64,000 nucleotides of DNA from Bacteroidota bacterium (GCA_016192035.1 JACPUW010000032.1:1450-65449), one strand, 5' to 3'; positions 1 to 10,608 are shown, counted from the first letter of the stretch. Numbers and translations are program-made. Notes: a model not told the origin generated them from the sequence alone.

Positions 1-57
1 TCGGAATTGGTGAATACATACCAACAATTTAATGCGTCACCAAATGGCTGAAAGCGC

Positions 58-1266
58 CTAGGGGCGCAAAATGTCGTGCCCCATTTTGTCCCGTTTGGTC
101 TTTAAGTATTTTTCATTGTGCACGTTAGGCATTATCTCTAGAGATGTTCTCCCCACAATTTCCAGTCCATATCCGGCCAGTCCGGTCCTTTTGGCGGGGT
201 TGTTAGATATCAGGTTAAGTTTTCGGATGCCCAGGTTTCTAAGTATCTGCGCGCCGATACCATAATCCCTGTTATCCATTTTGAAACCCAAACTGATATT
301 GGCGTCCACGGTATCAAGCCCATCTTGCTGAAGTTTATATGCCTTTAGTTTATTGAGCAGTCCAATACCCCTTCCCTCTTGGTTCATATAAAGGATAACC
401 CCACGACCTGCCTTTTCTACAAGTTTCATGGCACCATGCAGCTGCTCGCCACAATCACAGCGACATGACCCAAATATATCTCCGGTCATACAAGAGGAGT
501 GCACCCTCACCAGTACTTCGTCTTCCTCTGTCCAGGTGCCCTTAACTAGGGCAAGGTGTGTTTCATCGGAGGTTATTTGCTTAAATGCCAGCAATTTAAA
601 ATCCCCAAAAGCGGTTGGCATATCCACCTCATCCACCTGACGCTCTATGAGGCTTTCGCGCAACATGCGGTATTTGATAAGGTCTTGGATTGTAATTATC
701 TTTAAGTCAAAGCGTTTAGCCAGTTCAATTAGCTGTGGCAAGCGGGCCATGGTACCGTCATCGTTCATGATTTCTACAATGGCACCAGCCGGTTCATATC
801 CGCAGAGCCTTGCCAGATCTATACAGGCCTCGGTATGTCCTGCCCTGCGCAGCACCCCTCCTTTTTTGGCCCGCAGCGGAAACACATGTCCAGGCCGGCC
901 AAAATCTTGAGGCTTGGAGTTGGGATCAATAAGCGCCTTAATGGTTTTGGCCCGGTCGTGGGCTGAGATACCCGTTGTACATCCATGTCCAATAAGGTCA
1001 ATGGGTACAGTAAATGGTGTTTCGTGCAGAGCGGTATTGGTCTCTACCATTAGGTTCAGTTCCAGTTCGTCAGCCCTGGATTCTATAATGGGTGCACAGA
1101 TAAGCCCACGGCCCTCCCTGGCCATAAAATTGATGATTTCAGGACTCACATGGCGTGCGGGAATAACAAAGTCACCTTCGTTTTCCCTGTCTTCATCATC
1201 CACCACTATCAAGAGCTTACCCAGTTTCACATCTTTCAAAGCATCCTCTATGGTATTGACTATCAT
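58..1266 (-). CDS. ribBA: Bifunctional 3,4-dihydroxy-2-butanone-4-phosphate synthase / GTP cyclohydrolase II (RibBA)
   Basis: The 402-aa ORF has a DHBP synthase N-terminal half. The C-terminal GTP cyclohydrolase II half carries the zinc motif SCRCDCG and the NQEGRGIGL region. Confidence 0.9.
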   Translation of the reverse strand: MIVNTIEDALKDVKLGKLLIVVDDEDRENEGDFVIPARHVSPEIINFMAREGRGLICAPIIESRADELELNLMVETNTALHETPFTVPIDLIGHGCTTGISAHDRAKTIKALIDPNSKPQDFGRPGHVFPLRAKKGGVLRRAGHTEACIDLARLCGYEPAGAIVEIMNDDGTMARLPQLIELAKRFDLKIITIQDLIKYRMLRESLIERQVDEVDMPTAFGDFKLLAFKQITSDETHLALVKGTWTEEDEVLVRVHSSCMTGDIFGSCRCDCGEQLHGAMKLVEKAGRGVILYMNQEGRGIGLLNKLKAYKLQQDGLDTVDANISLGFKMDNRDYGIGAQILRNLGIRKLNLISNNPAKRTGLAGYGLEIVGRTSLEIMPNVHNEKYLKTKRDKMGHDILRP

Positions 1267-2435
1267 GTGTGTTTTATAATAGTTTGGTCTAAGGCATGAA
1301 TAAATACATCCCAGCTAAAGTTTTGCTGGACAAAAGTACGGGCCTTACTGCGCAGCGAGTGGTAGGCCTGGTCCATGGAAAGCAAACCCAGAATAGACTG
1401 CGTGAACTCGTCTGCGGTATTTGCAATAACGATTTCAGTATTCTCATTTGCACCTATTGCATTGTTAGTCAATTGGGTGGTTACCACTGGAATCCCCGCC
1501 GCCATGGCCTCTAAAATCTTGTTTTGCAGACCGCTGCCATGAAAAAGCGGCGCTACAAACACTTTGGCCGAATGATAGACCGCCAAAATATCGTCGGCCC
1601 AGCCCAATACCTGAACCCCGGGCTGCGCCAGCGCGAGCACCTGCTGCGTAGGGTTTGCCCCACAAATACATATATTTATGTTAGGTTTGAATTGTTTGAG
1701 CAAGGGCAGAAGCACCTCTATCAAGTACTGTGCAGCCTTCACATTTGGGTAATACCCCATGTTGCCCACAAACAACACGTCATAACTGGGTTTTGGCTGA
1801 CTGGCATACCAAAACGCCTGAACATCCACCCCATTAGGCACTACCTCAATGGTATTGGCCTGAGGGTTGGCAATGGCATTGCGGTCTTGAACAGAAATAA
1901 TAGTATGTGAATCAAATTCATAAAAAATTCTTGCCTCATACTCCCTAAGCCTTTTTGATTCAGCTTGATAGATCCACTTGAGATACCAGGGCGAACTCTC
2001 GGCTTGGCGTTCCATTCCCTTGGAAAAAGCATCCATATAATCAAGGGTCTTGGCTATGTGGTACACGGGTTTTGCATACTCGGCCATGCGAACTAGCTGA
2101 CAATAGATATGGTCGGGGCGTTCCCTCTCAATTATCCTATTTATCTTATACTTCAATATTGGGCTAGTGAAATAACCCACTTGCAGGGACCGTCCATTCA
2201 TGAACCACCAGATAAGCCTAAGGTATATACCCACTTTATGAAGCCTAAAGGTGTAAATCTTGGTACAATACTTATCTAATTGTGCGATTTGCTCCGTGCT
2301 AAGCCCCTTATCGGTAAGCGCGACCAATACGATACTGTGTTGTCTTGATAATCCTTTGATTTGTTGGTAAATACGCAGTTTATCCCCTTTTTCAAGGGGG
2401 TAAGGAAACCGCGAGGCCAGCACCAATAGTTTCAT
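1263..2435 (-). CDS. Glycosyltransferase family 4 (GT1/GT4-like) protein
   Basis: The 390-aa ORF has a GT-B glycosyltransferase C-terminal region (…[28 protein letters not shown]…). It overlaps ribBA by 4 nt, which suggests an operon. Confidence 0.7.
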   Translation of the reverse strand: MKLLVLASRFPYPLEKGDKLRIYQQIKGLSRQHSIVLVALTDKGLSTEQIAQLDKYCTKIYTFRLHKVGIYLRLIWWFMNGRSLQVGYFTSPILKYKINRIIERERPDHIYCQLVRMAEYAKPVYHIAKTLDYMDAFSKGMERQAESSPWYLKWIYQAESKRLREYEARIFYEFDSHTIISVQDRNAIANPQANTIEVVPNGVDVQAFWYASQPKPSYDVLFVGNMGYYPNVKAAQYLIEVLLPLLKQFKPNINICICGANPTQQVLALAQPGVQVLGWADDILAVYHSAKVFVAPLFHGSGLQNKILEAMAAGIPVVTTQLTNNAIGANENTEIVIANTADEFTQSILGLLSMDQAYHSLRSKARTFVQQNFSWDVFIHALDQTIIKHT

Positions 2436-3637
2436 GTGCTTGGGTGACTTTTGAGGATATCTTGAAGCAGCTTGGCCGCTGCTGCTTCCGGAGCATGGGC
2501 ACGCGCAATGAAAGCCGTTGCAGCCTGACCAATCCTTTGCAGTTGGGCCTTTTTCATTGCATAGTTTATTATGGTCTTGGCAAATGATGGGGCATCATCG
2601 GCAATGAGTATTTCCTCATTTGGAGCGGCCTCTATACCCTCACAGCCTATGGCAGTTGACAAGACCGGAATGCCCAGGGACATACATTCCAACACCTTGA
2701 TCCTAACGCCACTGCCCGAACGCAAAGGGACTACCCCCAAGTGCACGCGTGCCCAAAAGTCGCGCGCATTTGTCACGGCACCTTCCACACTAAGATTTTC
2801 CAAGTGCAAGCCAAGCAAGTCCTGGGGCATACCCCGTCCGGCCATAATGGCCCTAACCCCAACTCCTGCGGCTAAAACCAAGGGCCATACTTCATCAATA
2901 AACCAGCGAACAGCATCCTCATTGGGCATCCAGTCCATGCTTCCTAAAAATCCAATAACCAGCCCCTCATGTTGCCATGGCAAGCCAGCGGGTGCATTTA
3001 CTGGACTTATGCCAAAAGGGACAACTGTTACCTGCGCTGTGGGCAAAAAGGTGGCATATGTAGCGGCGTCAATTGGGGTAATGGCGGCCACAAGCGAAAA
3101 CTTACGCGAAATCTTTAATTCATAAGATTTTAACCTTCGGGTCTGGACTTGTAGATACCACTTCCTAAAGGGATTCGCGGTTTCCTTGCACACGCGCTCC
3201 CAAATCAGGTACTCAATATTGTGCGACCGCAGAACCAGGAACCCACGCGATTTGGAAGAGACCAGATTAAGGTAAGGAGTCATAAAAACACTCTCGAATA
3301 CAATGGCGTCAAATGAGTCTTTGTCCAACAATTGAGAAAGTGCATCGGCAACGTCCTGGCTAAAAAAACGGCTCACATGAAATGGGTCTTTCCCCAATAG
3401 GTTCCATACCGCAGCCCCCGTCTTAATGCGGTTGTCAATGTACTGTTGGGATATCCTAAATCCCTTGGATGCTTCCCTTGCTACCTCTTGGCTTACAAAA
3501 TGTTTGCTTGTATTGAGCGCGAAAATGGTCAGGTCCACCCCATTGGCCACCAAGCCTTGTGCCAGGCTCACCATTGCCATAGTACCTCCATCACGCGGTG
3601 GAAAAGGATACCTAAGGCATAGCTGAAGCACTTTCAT
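2432..3637 (-). CDS. Glycosyltransferase family 4 protein
   Basis: The 401-aa ORF carries a GT4 C-terminal signature (…GVVPLRSGSGVRIKVLECMSLGIPVLSTAIG…). It overlaps its neighbours by 4 nt on each side. Confidence 0.7.
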   Translation of the reverse strand: MKVLQLCLRYPFPPRDGGTMAMVSLAQGLVANGVDLTIFALNTSKHFVSQEVAREASKGFRISQQYIDNRIKTGAAVWNLLGKDPFHVSRFFSQDVADALSQLLDKDSFDAIVFESVFMTPYLNLVSSKSRGFLVLRSHNIEYLIWERVCKETANPFRKWYLQVQTRRLKSYELKISRKFSLVAAITPIDAATYATFLPTAQVTVVPFGISPVNAPAGLPWQHEGLVIGFLGSMDWMPNEDAVRWFIDEVWPLVLAAGVGVRAIMAGRGMPQDLLGLHLENLSVEGAVTNARDFWARVHLGVVPLRSGSGVRIKVLECMSLGIPVLSTAIGCEGIEAAPNEEILIADDAPSFAKTIINYAMKKAQLQRIGQAATAFIARAHAPEAAAAKLLQDILKSHPST

Positions 3638-5079
3638 TTTGGCCTATTGCCTTTGTGGATCCTTAAGGCACGGGATAATGCGGCCTGAATGCCCGATATA
3701 TTAAACAGTTTTGAATCCGAATTGGCCCTGTAAGTGAGAAGGAAAGCAAAGGGAATGATAAAGAATACCGGAAACCACATGCCCATTTCAGGACTGATTA
3801 TCTGCTGCTTGGCCGATTTTTCGGCGCCAATCATCACGATATAGTAGATGACAAAAAGCACAATGGAAATGACTACTGGCAAGCCAAGCCCCCCTTTACG
3901 AATTATGGCGCCCAAAGGCGCACCAACAAAGAATAGGATAAGGCATGCAATGGACAAGGTAAACTTTCGGTGCAATTCAATTTTGGCTGAAATGCGCCGC
4001 TGGGTCTGATACTCCAGTTCATTGGCCGCTGATTTTAGGGCACCTTTCACGCTACGGGCATGGGACATAGCCCGCTGAAACAACTGGCGCCCTCCACCAT
4101 CGCCTAAGGTGGAAATATAATGACCGCCTTGTTGGTTGCCAGACAGGTCATGCCCCTCTAGGGCAAAGGTGCTATCGCCCAAAAAGCTGAAATACGGCAG
4201 GACATACTCATCCACATAGTCCAATTTATTGTTAACCAGGATGTAGGTCGAATCAATATAATGCGCTAACTGGGAAGTATTTAACATTTGGGTGCTGTTC
4301 TTCCAAAGGTCTTCCTTAGCACGTTTAAAGTTGAAGGAGGAAAGGTCAAATCGAATTTGATACTTTTCAAACGTGAGCCGGTTATGTGGAAAATGCAGTC
4401 CGCCATCCTTGCTCCGCTGTTCAGGCATTTCATGGTAGCGGGCGCCTTCATAGAGGTCGAACAATAAAAACCGCTTATCCTCAGTAATGTACATCTTTCC
4501 CTTATTCGCCCTGGTAACCATTACGTTGCCCCGCTTTTCGGTCTTGTCATAAATAATCACATCATGAAGTTCATCGGTTTCGGGGTCACGGTGACCTACC
4601 CTTATGCTAAACCCTTCTATCCCTGTATAAAAAACACCGTCTGGTATATCCATGGCCGGCTTTTGTTCTTTGACAGAGTACAACAAGGACCTAAATTTCA
4701 AATTGGCCACCGGCACCCCCCGATTGGCAAAAAAAAACGCACCTACCGACACAAGAAGTACGGTAAATGCCAAGGGCTTCATGATTCGCAGCAATGAAAC
4801 ACCCGTTGTTTTAAATGCAAGTATTTCATTGTTTTCGGCTAGGTTGCCAAAAGTCATGATACTGGAAAGAAGGACGGAAATAGGTATGGCCATGGGAATT
4901 AGGTTGGCCGATGCATACAGAAGGAGCTCTACTATAACGGAAGTTTCAAGTCCCTTTCCCGCTAGGTCGTCTATGTATTTCCAGAGAAACTGCATGACCA
5001 ACACAAACAAGGCTATAAAGAAGGTAGCCACAAATGGGCCAATAAAGGCAAACAACGAAAGGTTGTATATCTTCTTCAA
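3634..5079 (-). CDS. LptF/LptG (YjgP/YjgQ) family permease
   Basis: The 481-aa ORF has an N-terminal 3-TM block, a long periplasmic beta-jellyroll-like region and a C-terminal 3-TM block. This is the LptF/G topology at a length typical for Bacteroidota. Confidence 0.65.
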   Translation of the reverse strand: MKKIYNLSLFAFIGPFVATFFIALFVLVMQFLWKYIDDLAGKGLETSVIVELLLYASANLIPMAIPISVLLSSIMTFGNLAENNEILAFKTTGVSLLRIMKPLAFTVLLVSVGAFFFANRGVPVANLKFRSLLYSVKEQKPAMDIPDGVFYTGIEGFSIRVGHRDPETDELHDVIIYDKTEKRGNVMVTRANKGKMYITEDKRFLLFDLYEGARYHEMPEQRSKDGGLHFPHNRLTFEKYQIRFDLSSFNFKRAKEDLWKNSTQMLNTSQLAHYIDSTYILVNNKLDYVDEYVLPYFSFLGDSTFALEGHDLSGNQQGGHYISTLGDGGGRQLFQRAMSHARSVKGALKSAANELEYQTQRRISAKIELHRKFTLSIACLILFFVGAPLGAIIRKGGLGLPVVISIVLFVIYYIVMIGAEKSAKQQIISPEMGMWFPVFFIIPFAFLLTYRANSDSKLFNISGIQAALSRALRIHKGNRPK

Positions 5080-5167
5080 AAAGGTGAGGTGGTTACCACT
5101 GAAAAGGGAGGCAAATCTACAAGTGCGTTAGGGGCCGCCGTCCACGCCCGTGCATGGTGTGCCTTTT

Positions 5168-5575
5168 CTAGCCCCCTATGGTCATCTTTAGCTGGTCCAC
5201 ACAAACATCCCAAACAGCCCTGGCATCATTCAGTTCGTCCTCTTCTTCAAAATCCGTGATCAATAGCGACACATCATCGGTAAGGTCATCGCGCACTATT
5301 TCAAACATGACAAACTCATCGGCACCCCTGTCTAGCCATTTGTACTTGGTCATCTTATTGATTTTCTTCGAAACCAATTCGGCAGTTTCCTGTGCCCCGT
5401 CCCAGATAAAGGTGAATATCTTACCATTAACATTTACGTCGTCGGCAAACCAAGTGGCAAGCCCGCTAGCCGTACTTATATAGCCATACAGCAACTCAGG
5501 TTTAGCCCGCGTGGGGAATTCAAGGGTATATTTTACTCTCGCCATCTGTATCTGTTTATCAAAATAGGTCGGCAA
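5168..5575 (-). CDS. Hypothetical small acidic cytoplasmic protein (possible START/SRPBCC-like fold)
   Basis: Clean 135-aa ORF between LptF/G and psd. I recognised no motif with confidence. Confidence 0.4.
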   Translation of the reverse strand: MPTYFDKQIQMARVKYTLEFPTRAKPELLYGYISTASGLATWFADDVNVNGKIFTFIWDGAQETAELVSKKINKMTKYKWLDRGADEFVMFEIVRDDLTDDVSLLITDFEEEDELNDARAVWDVCVDQLKMTIGG

Positions 5576-5640
5576 TAAACCACTTTTATTTTGAATAGCC
5601 TAACCCAAGCGGTAAAAATTACATGAACAAATTCTACATC

Positions 5641-6339
5641 TTATTGTAAATCGGCTATTTCGGTCAATCCTCCCCGGCAAACATCCCCAAGACCCACATT
5701 TATCTTGGCGCCTAGGGGCAAGAAAATGTCGGCCCTGGAACCGAACTTAATAAAGCCCATCTCCTCGCCAGCTTTAACAAATTGACCTTCTTTCATATAG
5801 CATACTATTCTGCGGGCTACTGCCCCTGCTATCTGGCGCACCATCACTTGCTGGCCCGATCCGTGCTCATACACCACCGTGGTGCTTTCATTGAGGTCTG
5901 ATGACTTGGGGTGAAATGCCACCAAGTATTTGCCTTCATGGTACTTAGAGTGTACTACCCTTCCGGTAAACGGCACACGGTTCACATGCACATTAAATGG
6001 CGACATAAATATGGAAACCTGCATCATCTCCCGGTTAAAAAAACGCTTTTCCATTACCTTTTCAATAACCACCACCTTGCCGTCGGCAGGAGAAAGGACG
6101 GTATTTGGAAGGTCGGGGATTGTGCGGGTAGGATTCCGAAAAAACTGCAGCACCACCACGGCCAACACCAGGCCCAGTGTGTATATGATGTAGTTAATTG
6201 GCCTAGGAATGAACTTATAGCCCAAAAAGACCAGTAAGGCCACGGCTATGAACACTATGGCAATGGTAACGTATCCCTCGCGGTGTATCATGTATGATAT
6301 TGTGTGCGCAATATAGATAGATGGGTGTAATGGAAACAC
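5641..6339 (-). CDS. psd: Phosphatidylserine decarboxylase proenzyme
   Basis: The 232-aa ORF has an N-terminal TM segment and the self-cleavage motif FGSR near the C-terminus. It sits next to cdsA. Confidence 0.85.
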   Translation of the reverse strand: MFPLHPSIYIAHTISYMIHREGYVTIAIVFIAVALLVFLGYKFIPRPINYIIYTLGLVLAVVVLQFFRNPTRTIPDLPNTVLSPADGKVVVIEKVMEKRFFNREMMQVSIFMSPFNVHVNRVPFTGRVVHSKYHEGKYLVAFHPKSSDLNESTTVVYEHGSGQQVMVRQIAGAVARRIVCYMKEGQFVKAGEEMGFIKFGSRADIFLPLGAKINVGLGDVCRGGLTEIADLQ

Positions 6340-6342
6340 CCA

Positions 6343-7155
6343 CTACAGGAACACCCACTGGATATAAGCAGCGCCCACCGGCCCTGCAAACAAGAGTGCG
6401 TCAAAACGGTCGAGTACCCCCCCATGTCCTGGTATTAGGTTGCCCATATCCTTCACGCCCAAAGACCGTTTGAATGCGGACTCGATCAAATCGCCCAGTG
6501 TGGCACAAATGCCGCAAACAAGCCCAAAACCCATCCAAGCCCAGGTGGGCTCGCCAAGGATACCTGCCGTGACCACGCCGGCCACCATTGCCATGAATAG
6601 CCCACCCAAGGATCCTTCCCAGGTCTTTTTGGGCGAGAGCGCGGGCGCCAACTTTTTCCGTCCAAACCGGCGGCCCAAGAGGTACGCAAAAACATCATTT
6701 GACCAGATAAGCGCCAGTCCACCAATCAGGTAGTGATGCTGATAGCCAACACTGCCCAACTGCGCCCAATGGACCAACGAGGAAGTACAGAGCACCACAT
6801 AGCCAAACCCCAGGGTAGCCATAGAAGCCCTTACCAATGCCGATGATACCTGGCCCACCAAGGATAACACAAGGGGGGCCAATAACAGTAAAGGAATGAT
6901 AAAATACGTCTCCATTGGCCAATAATACAAATGAATTACAGCATATAAGCCAGTAGCACAGCCTCCTATAAATACTAAGATCCCCTTGTGCGTAAAGTGA
7001 GGCACCGCGCCGGTCTTTTCCATGTTGCCATATAGTTCCCACAGCCCTCCTACCGCTATGGCTACCAAAAGTGCCGTAAAGCCCAGTGGCCCTGAAAGAA
7101 TGGCCGCCAAAATGACTGCCATGAATACTGTTCCCGATATGGCCCGCTGTTTCAT
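6343..7155 (-). CDS. cdsA: Phosphatidate cytidylyltransferase (CDP-diglyceride synthase)
   Basis: The 270-aa polytopic ORF carries the C-terminal CdsA signature KRSLGVKDMGNLIPGHGGVLDRFDALLFAGP. Confidence 0.85.
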   Translation of the reverse strand: MKQRAISGTVFMAVILAAILSGPLGFTALLVAIAVGGLWELYGNMEKTGAVPHFTHKGILVFIGGCATGLYAVIHLYYWPMETYFIIPLLLLAPLVLSLVGQVSSALVRASMATLGFGYVVLCTSSLVHWAQLGSVGYQHHYLIGGLALIWSNDVFAYLLGRRFGRKKLAPALSPKKTWEGSLGGLFMAMVAGVVTAGILGEPTWAWMGFGLVCGICATLGDLIESAFKRSLGVKDMGNLIPGHGGVLDRFDALLFAGPVGAAYIQWVFL

Positions 7156-7158
7156 TCT

Positions 7159-8286
7159 CTATGAGGATTGATCAATAAATGCCCTAGCCGATTCGTATTG
7201 ATGGTATGGCACATGCACCTCGGCTTCGCCAAAACCGTAACTGGAGTCTTTCTTGTTCACAATCATCACATCATACCCGTCACGGGCCAGGCTATCATTT
7301 ACCATTTGTATTTTGAGCAAATCACTTGATGCAAAGACCTTGACCCATGCCTCCTGGGCAGTATCCAGTTTCACCCTCACCGAAACCCGGTCCCAGTACT
7401 TACCCAGCATGACCAGTGCACCAATGGTCAATAAAAGTGCTGCCCAGCCAATGGCAGGCGGCAACACAATATCATTTGGGTCAGTTTGAAGGTGCCCCTG
7501 GCGGTAAAGCCCATCCAGCAACAGCGAAATTCCATTGTTAAAAAAATGAAAAACAATAGGATACCATAGATTAGTGGTGATATGGTACAAATACCCCAAA
7601 ACCAATCCCATAAATGTGAAAGCCAGGATGCCGGTGGCCTGTCCATGAATGAGGGCAAATACTATGGCTCCCATAGAAATGGCCACATGATGGTTTCTAA
7701 ACAGTTGACCAAAAATGCGCTGAAGACATCCCCGAAAATAAATCTCCTCTACCAGGGCCGGCATTACCGCAAAAATCAACAGATTGACCAGCCAGCCCAG
7801 GCCACCGCTGGTAGCTAAGAGGGTATCCATAAGCTTCATGCTTAAAGATTCTGACTCTAGCAACACCGACGGCCATTCTATCCAAGAAATAATTTCAACT
7901 AAATGGCTGCTAGCCAGAGCGGCAAAAAACAACAACATGGGCAAGAATACCCACATCACCCTGCGAAACGCCTTTTTTTCAAGGCTGTATAAACGTCCGG
8001 GTGATTTTCTCATGACCATGGCCACAAATAGTGGCGGAAGCAAGAATGCACCCACCTGATAAAACAATTGGGTGAGTTTATAGGTCTGTATTTCCAACGA
8101 GGTCAATTCCCCGTCTAGGTCAATGTTTACATAGCTGGTGCCAAACAGTTTAAAGCAAATAAAATTTCCTATTATGTTCACCACCACATACATAAACACC
8201 CCGGTAGAAGAAATGAGTATGAGTAGCCTTAGCAAGGCTTCTACCTTAGGGTTGGGTTGTCGGTGTTCAATAATTGGCAACAACAC
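7159..8286 (-). CDS. CPBP-family intramembrane metalloprotease (CAAX protease-like) with C-terminal DUF2007-like domain
   Basis: The 375-aa ORF has the CPBP motifs EEIYFRG and FxxxH…HFFNN in a multi-TM core. The last ~70 aa (…FASSDLLKIQMVNDSLARDGYDVMIVN…) resemble DUF2007. Confidence 0.65.
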   Translation of the reverse strand: MLLPIIEHRQPNPKVEALLRLLILISSTGVFMYVVVNIIGNFICFKLFGTSYVNIDLDGELTSLEIQTYKLTQLFYQVGAFLLPPLFVAMVMRKSPGRLYSLEKKAFRRVMWVFLPMLLFFAALASSHLVEIISWIEWPSVLLESESLSMKLMDTLLATSGGLGWLVNLLIFAVMPALVEEIYFRGCLQRIFGQLFRNHHVAISMGAIVFALIHGQATGILAFTFMGLVLGYLYHITTNLWYPIVFHFFNNGISLLLDGLYRQGHLQTDPNDIVLPPAIGWAALLLTIGALVMLGKYWDRVSVRVKLDTAQEAWVKVFASSDLLKIQMVNDSLARDGYDVMIVNKKDSSYGFGEAEVHVPYHQYESARAFIDQSS

Positions 8287-8318
8287 GGGGGATTAATTTT
8301 GCAAATTAAACCACCCAA

Positions 8319-9314
8319 TTGCCAAACATTGGCCATATAAGCCTTCCGGATTTCCCACTGCTATTGGCTCCCATGGAGGATGTAAGCGACCCACCCTTTA
8401 GGGCGGTATGCAAGGAGCAGGGAGCCGACCTGATGTTTACTGAGTTTATTTCATCGGAAGGACTCATAAGGCAGGCTGCCAAGAGCCATAAAAAACTTGA
8501 TATTTTTGAATATGAACGTCCTATAGGTATCCAAATTTTTGGATCAGAGATTGACTCCATGCGGGAGGCTGCCCAGATAAGCACCGATTCAAATCCTGAC
8601 CTGATTGACATAAACTACGGCTGTCCGGTTAAAAAAGTGGCATGCAGAGGGGCTGGCGCCGGTATTCTGCAAGACATACCCAAAATGGTGAGCATGACCG
8701 CAGAAATTGTGAAAAGCACCCACCTGCCGGTAACCGTAAAAACCCGTCTTGGATGGGACGACTCTTCAAAATACATAGTGGAGGTAGCAGAAAGGCTCCA
8801 GGATGTGGGCATCAAGGCCATAACCATCCACGGGCGTACCCGCCAGCAGATGTACAAGGGGAACGCCGACTGGCAATTAATAGGGGAGGTGAAAAACAAT
8901 CCCCGCATGGGCATACCCGTGTTTGGCAATGGGGATGTGGACAGCCCTGGTAAGGCTGTAGAAATGCGCAACACCTTTGGGGTGGACGGGATAATGATAG
9001 GTAGGGCATCGATAGGGTATCCCTGGATTTTTAGTGAAATAAAGCACTATATAAAAACGGGAAACCTATTGCCTCCGCCTTCAATTGAAGAAAGGGTAAG
9101 GGTGTGTAGGGCGCACCTAGATTTCTCCATCCGCTGGAAAGGAGAAACCCTTGGTATTGTAGAAATGCGCCGTCATTACACCAATTACTTCAAAGGGTTC
9201 GCCAATTTCAAGCCATTCAGGCAAATACTGGTTACTGCAACAAGCCTACAGAGTATCCGCGAAGTGCTCACAGAAATACAGGCATCTTTTGGTCAAGAGG
9301 TGTGGGTTTCTTAG
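8319..9314 (+). CDS. dusB: tRNA-dihydrouridine synthase (DusB-like)
   Basis: The 331-aa ORF has the Dus TIM-barrel N-terminus (LAPMEDVSDPPFR) and the catalytic Cys region (NYGCPVKKV). Confidence 0.85.
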   Translation: MPNIGHISLPDFPLLLAPMEDVSDPPFRAVCKEQGADLMFTEFISSEGLIRQAAKSHKKLDIFEYERPIGIQIFGSEIDSMREAAQISTDSNPDLIDINYGCPVKKVACRGAGAGILQDIPKMVSMTAEIVKSTHLPVTVKTRLGWDDSSKYIVEVAERLQDVGIKAITIHGRTRQQMYKGNADWQLIGEVKNNPRMGIPVFGNGDVDSPGKAVEMRNTFGVDGIMIGRASIGYPWIFSEIKHYIKTGNLLPPPSIEERVRVCRAHLDFSIRWKGETLGIVEMRRHYTNYFKGFANFKPFRQILVTATSLQSIREVLTEIQASFGQEVWVS

Positions 9315-9390
9315 CGTGCTTGCGCTAGCCAGGTCACCATGGCGCTGAAACCCTTTGGGCACAAACTTGTTATGAAACCTAAAACCGCAC

Positions 9391-9993
9391 ATGACTTTTT
9401 TCAACGAACTGTCAAATAAGCTTTTTCCTAAGAAAAGCACCGAAACATCTACTGGGAGCTTCCCGGTGGTGCATGAAATAATCCATAGAAGCCAAACCTA
9501 CCTAAATGGCTATAATGCCTGGAAAGGTGGCCCCGTACAGCAGGAGTCCCTCGAATTTATTTTGGCGCAATTTCATAATCAATTGGCTGAAAACGACTAC
9601 AGCCCCTTGTTTTCGCTGGTACAGGCTGAAACCACCAGGGGGTTTATGCTGCGCGCCTGGCAAGGCTTGTCCGGCCATGAGTTTTCCTACTTGTTTGACT
9701 ATTTGGCTGAGCGGGTGAGAGACATGGGATATACGTTCTACACTTCCGACAGAAGGTTGCATGACAAGGAAGATGGGGTGCTTTGTATTGAGCGGCACTA
9801 CCTAAAACCCTCTTGGCGTATAGCCCCCATAAATGGCAAGATAAACCAGCTCAGTGGCAACACCACCATAGAACTACACATATTGAATAACCAAATGCAG
9901 CACATCAAGTTTGTATGTCAACCATACCAGGATGCCAAGTACCACACGGCTGCACCTTTTGCCGATATGGTGTGCCATATTTGTAAGACATGA
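9391..9993 (+). CDS. Hypothetical protein
   Basis: The 200-aa ORF has no recognisable motif. Its stop overlaps the next start (ATGA), so it is translationally coupled to the histidine phosphatase gene. Confidence 0.4.
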   Translation: MTFFNELSNKLFPKKSTETSTGSFPVVHEIIHRSQTYLNGYNAWKGGPVQQESLEFILAQFHNQLAENDYSPLFSLVQAETTRGFMLRAWQGLSGHEFSYLFDYLAERVRDMGYTFYTSDRRLHDKEDGVLCIERHYLKPSWRIAPINGKINQLSGNTTIELHILNNQMQHIKFVCQPYQDAKYHTAAPFADMVCHICKT

Positions 9994-10601
9994 AACGGGT
10001 GTTCATCATACGTCACGGACAAACAGACTATAACCTAAAAGGCATAGTGCAAGGCAGTGGAGTGGATGCTCCGCTGAACGAAACAGGCAAAAAACAAGCA
10101 TTCGCGTTCTATAAACACTTCCGCTCCATTCCTTTTGACAAGGTATATACCTCCACGCTGAGAAGGACGCATGAAACGGTATCACATTTTGTAAACTATA
10201 CCCCACATGAGGCACACTGGGGGCTCAATGAAATATCATGGGGCAGCTATGAGGGAAAGAAGGGCAGCCATGAAGATCGCGAAGCGTTAAAAAGTTTGGT
10301 ATCCACCTGGCGTTCGGGCAACTTGGGTGCAGCCGCCCCGCTTGGCGAATCGCCGCTGGATGTAGCTCAGCGACAGCGTGAGTTCCTTCCCATGCTGTTG
10401 GAGCGCAAGGGGGAAGAAAATGTCTTGGTATGCACACATGGAAGGGCCATGAGGGTGTTTCTCTGTGTATTGCTCCAAATACCCTTAGTGGAAATGGATA
10501 GGTTTTCCCATCAAAACCTTTGTCTGTATGAACTGGAGTGCACCCAATCGGGTAAGTTTAGGCTAGTTAGGGAGAATTATACGGGACACTTGTTGGGTTA
10601 A
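9990..10601 (+). CDS. Histidine phosphatase family protein (phosphoglycerate mutase-like)
   Basis: The 203-aa ORF has the RHG motif (IIRHGQTDYN) near the N-terminus and the downstream conserved H (TSTLRRTHET). Confidence 0.7.
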   Translation: MKRVFIIRHGQTDYNLKGIVQGSGVDAPLNETGKKQAFAFYKHFRSIPFDKVYTSTLRRTHETVSHFVNYTPHEAHWGLNEISWGSYEGKKGSHEDREALKSLVSTWRSGNLGAAAPLGESPLDVAQRQREFLPMLLERKGEENVLVCTHGRAMRVFLCVLLQIPLVEMDRFSHQNLCLYELECTQSGKFRLVRENYTGHLLG

Positions 10602-10608
10602 ACCAGTT

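Noticed and set aside
2571-3125. A 184-aa ORF on the + strand inside the GT4 gene. Many similar antisense ORFs appear in the track, e.g. 4652..5131, 8615..8974, 11616..12141, 14092..14376, 43070..43651, 47178..47849 and 52300..52734.
   Set aside because: Each lies entirely inside a well-supported gene on the opposite strand. The sequences are low-complexity or Ser/Pro/Arg-rich, as expected for antisense frames of GC-balanced genes. None has a recognisable motif.
5080-5167. Possible FMN riboswitch controlling the ribBA-containing operon
   Set aside because: The only leader (88 nt) is too short, and it lacks the conserved FMN-element features. ribBA is the distal gene of a four-gene operon.
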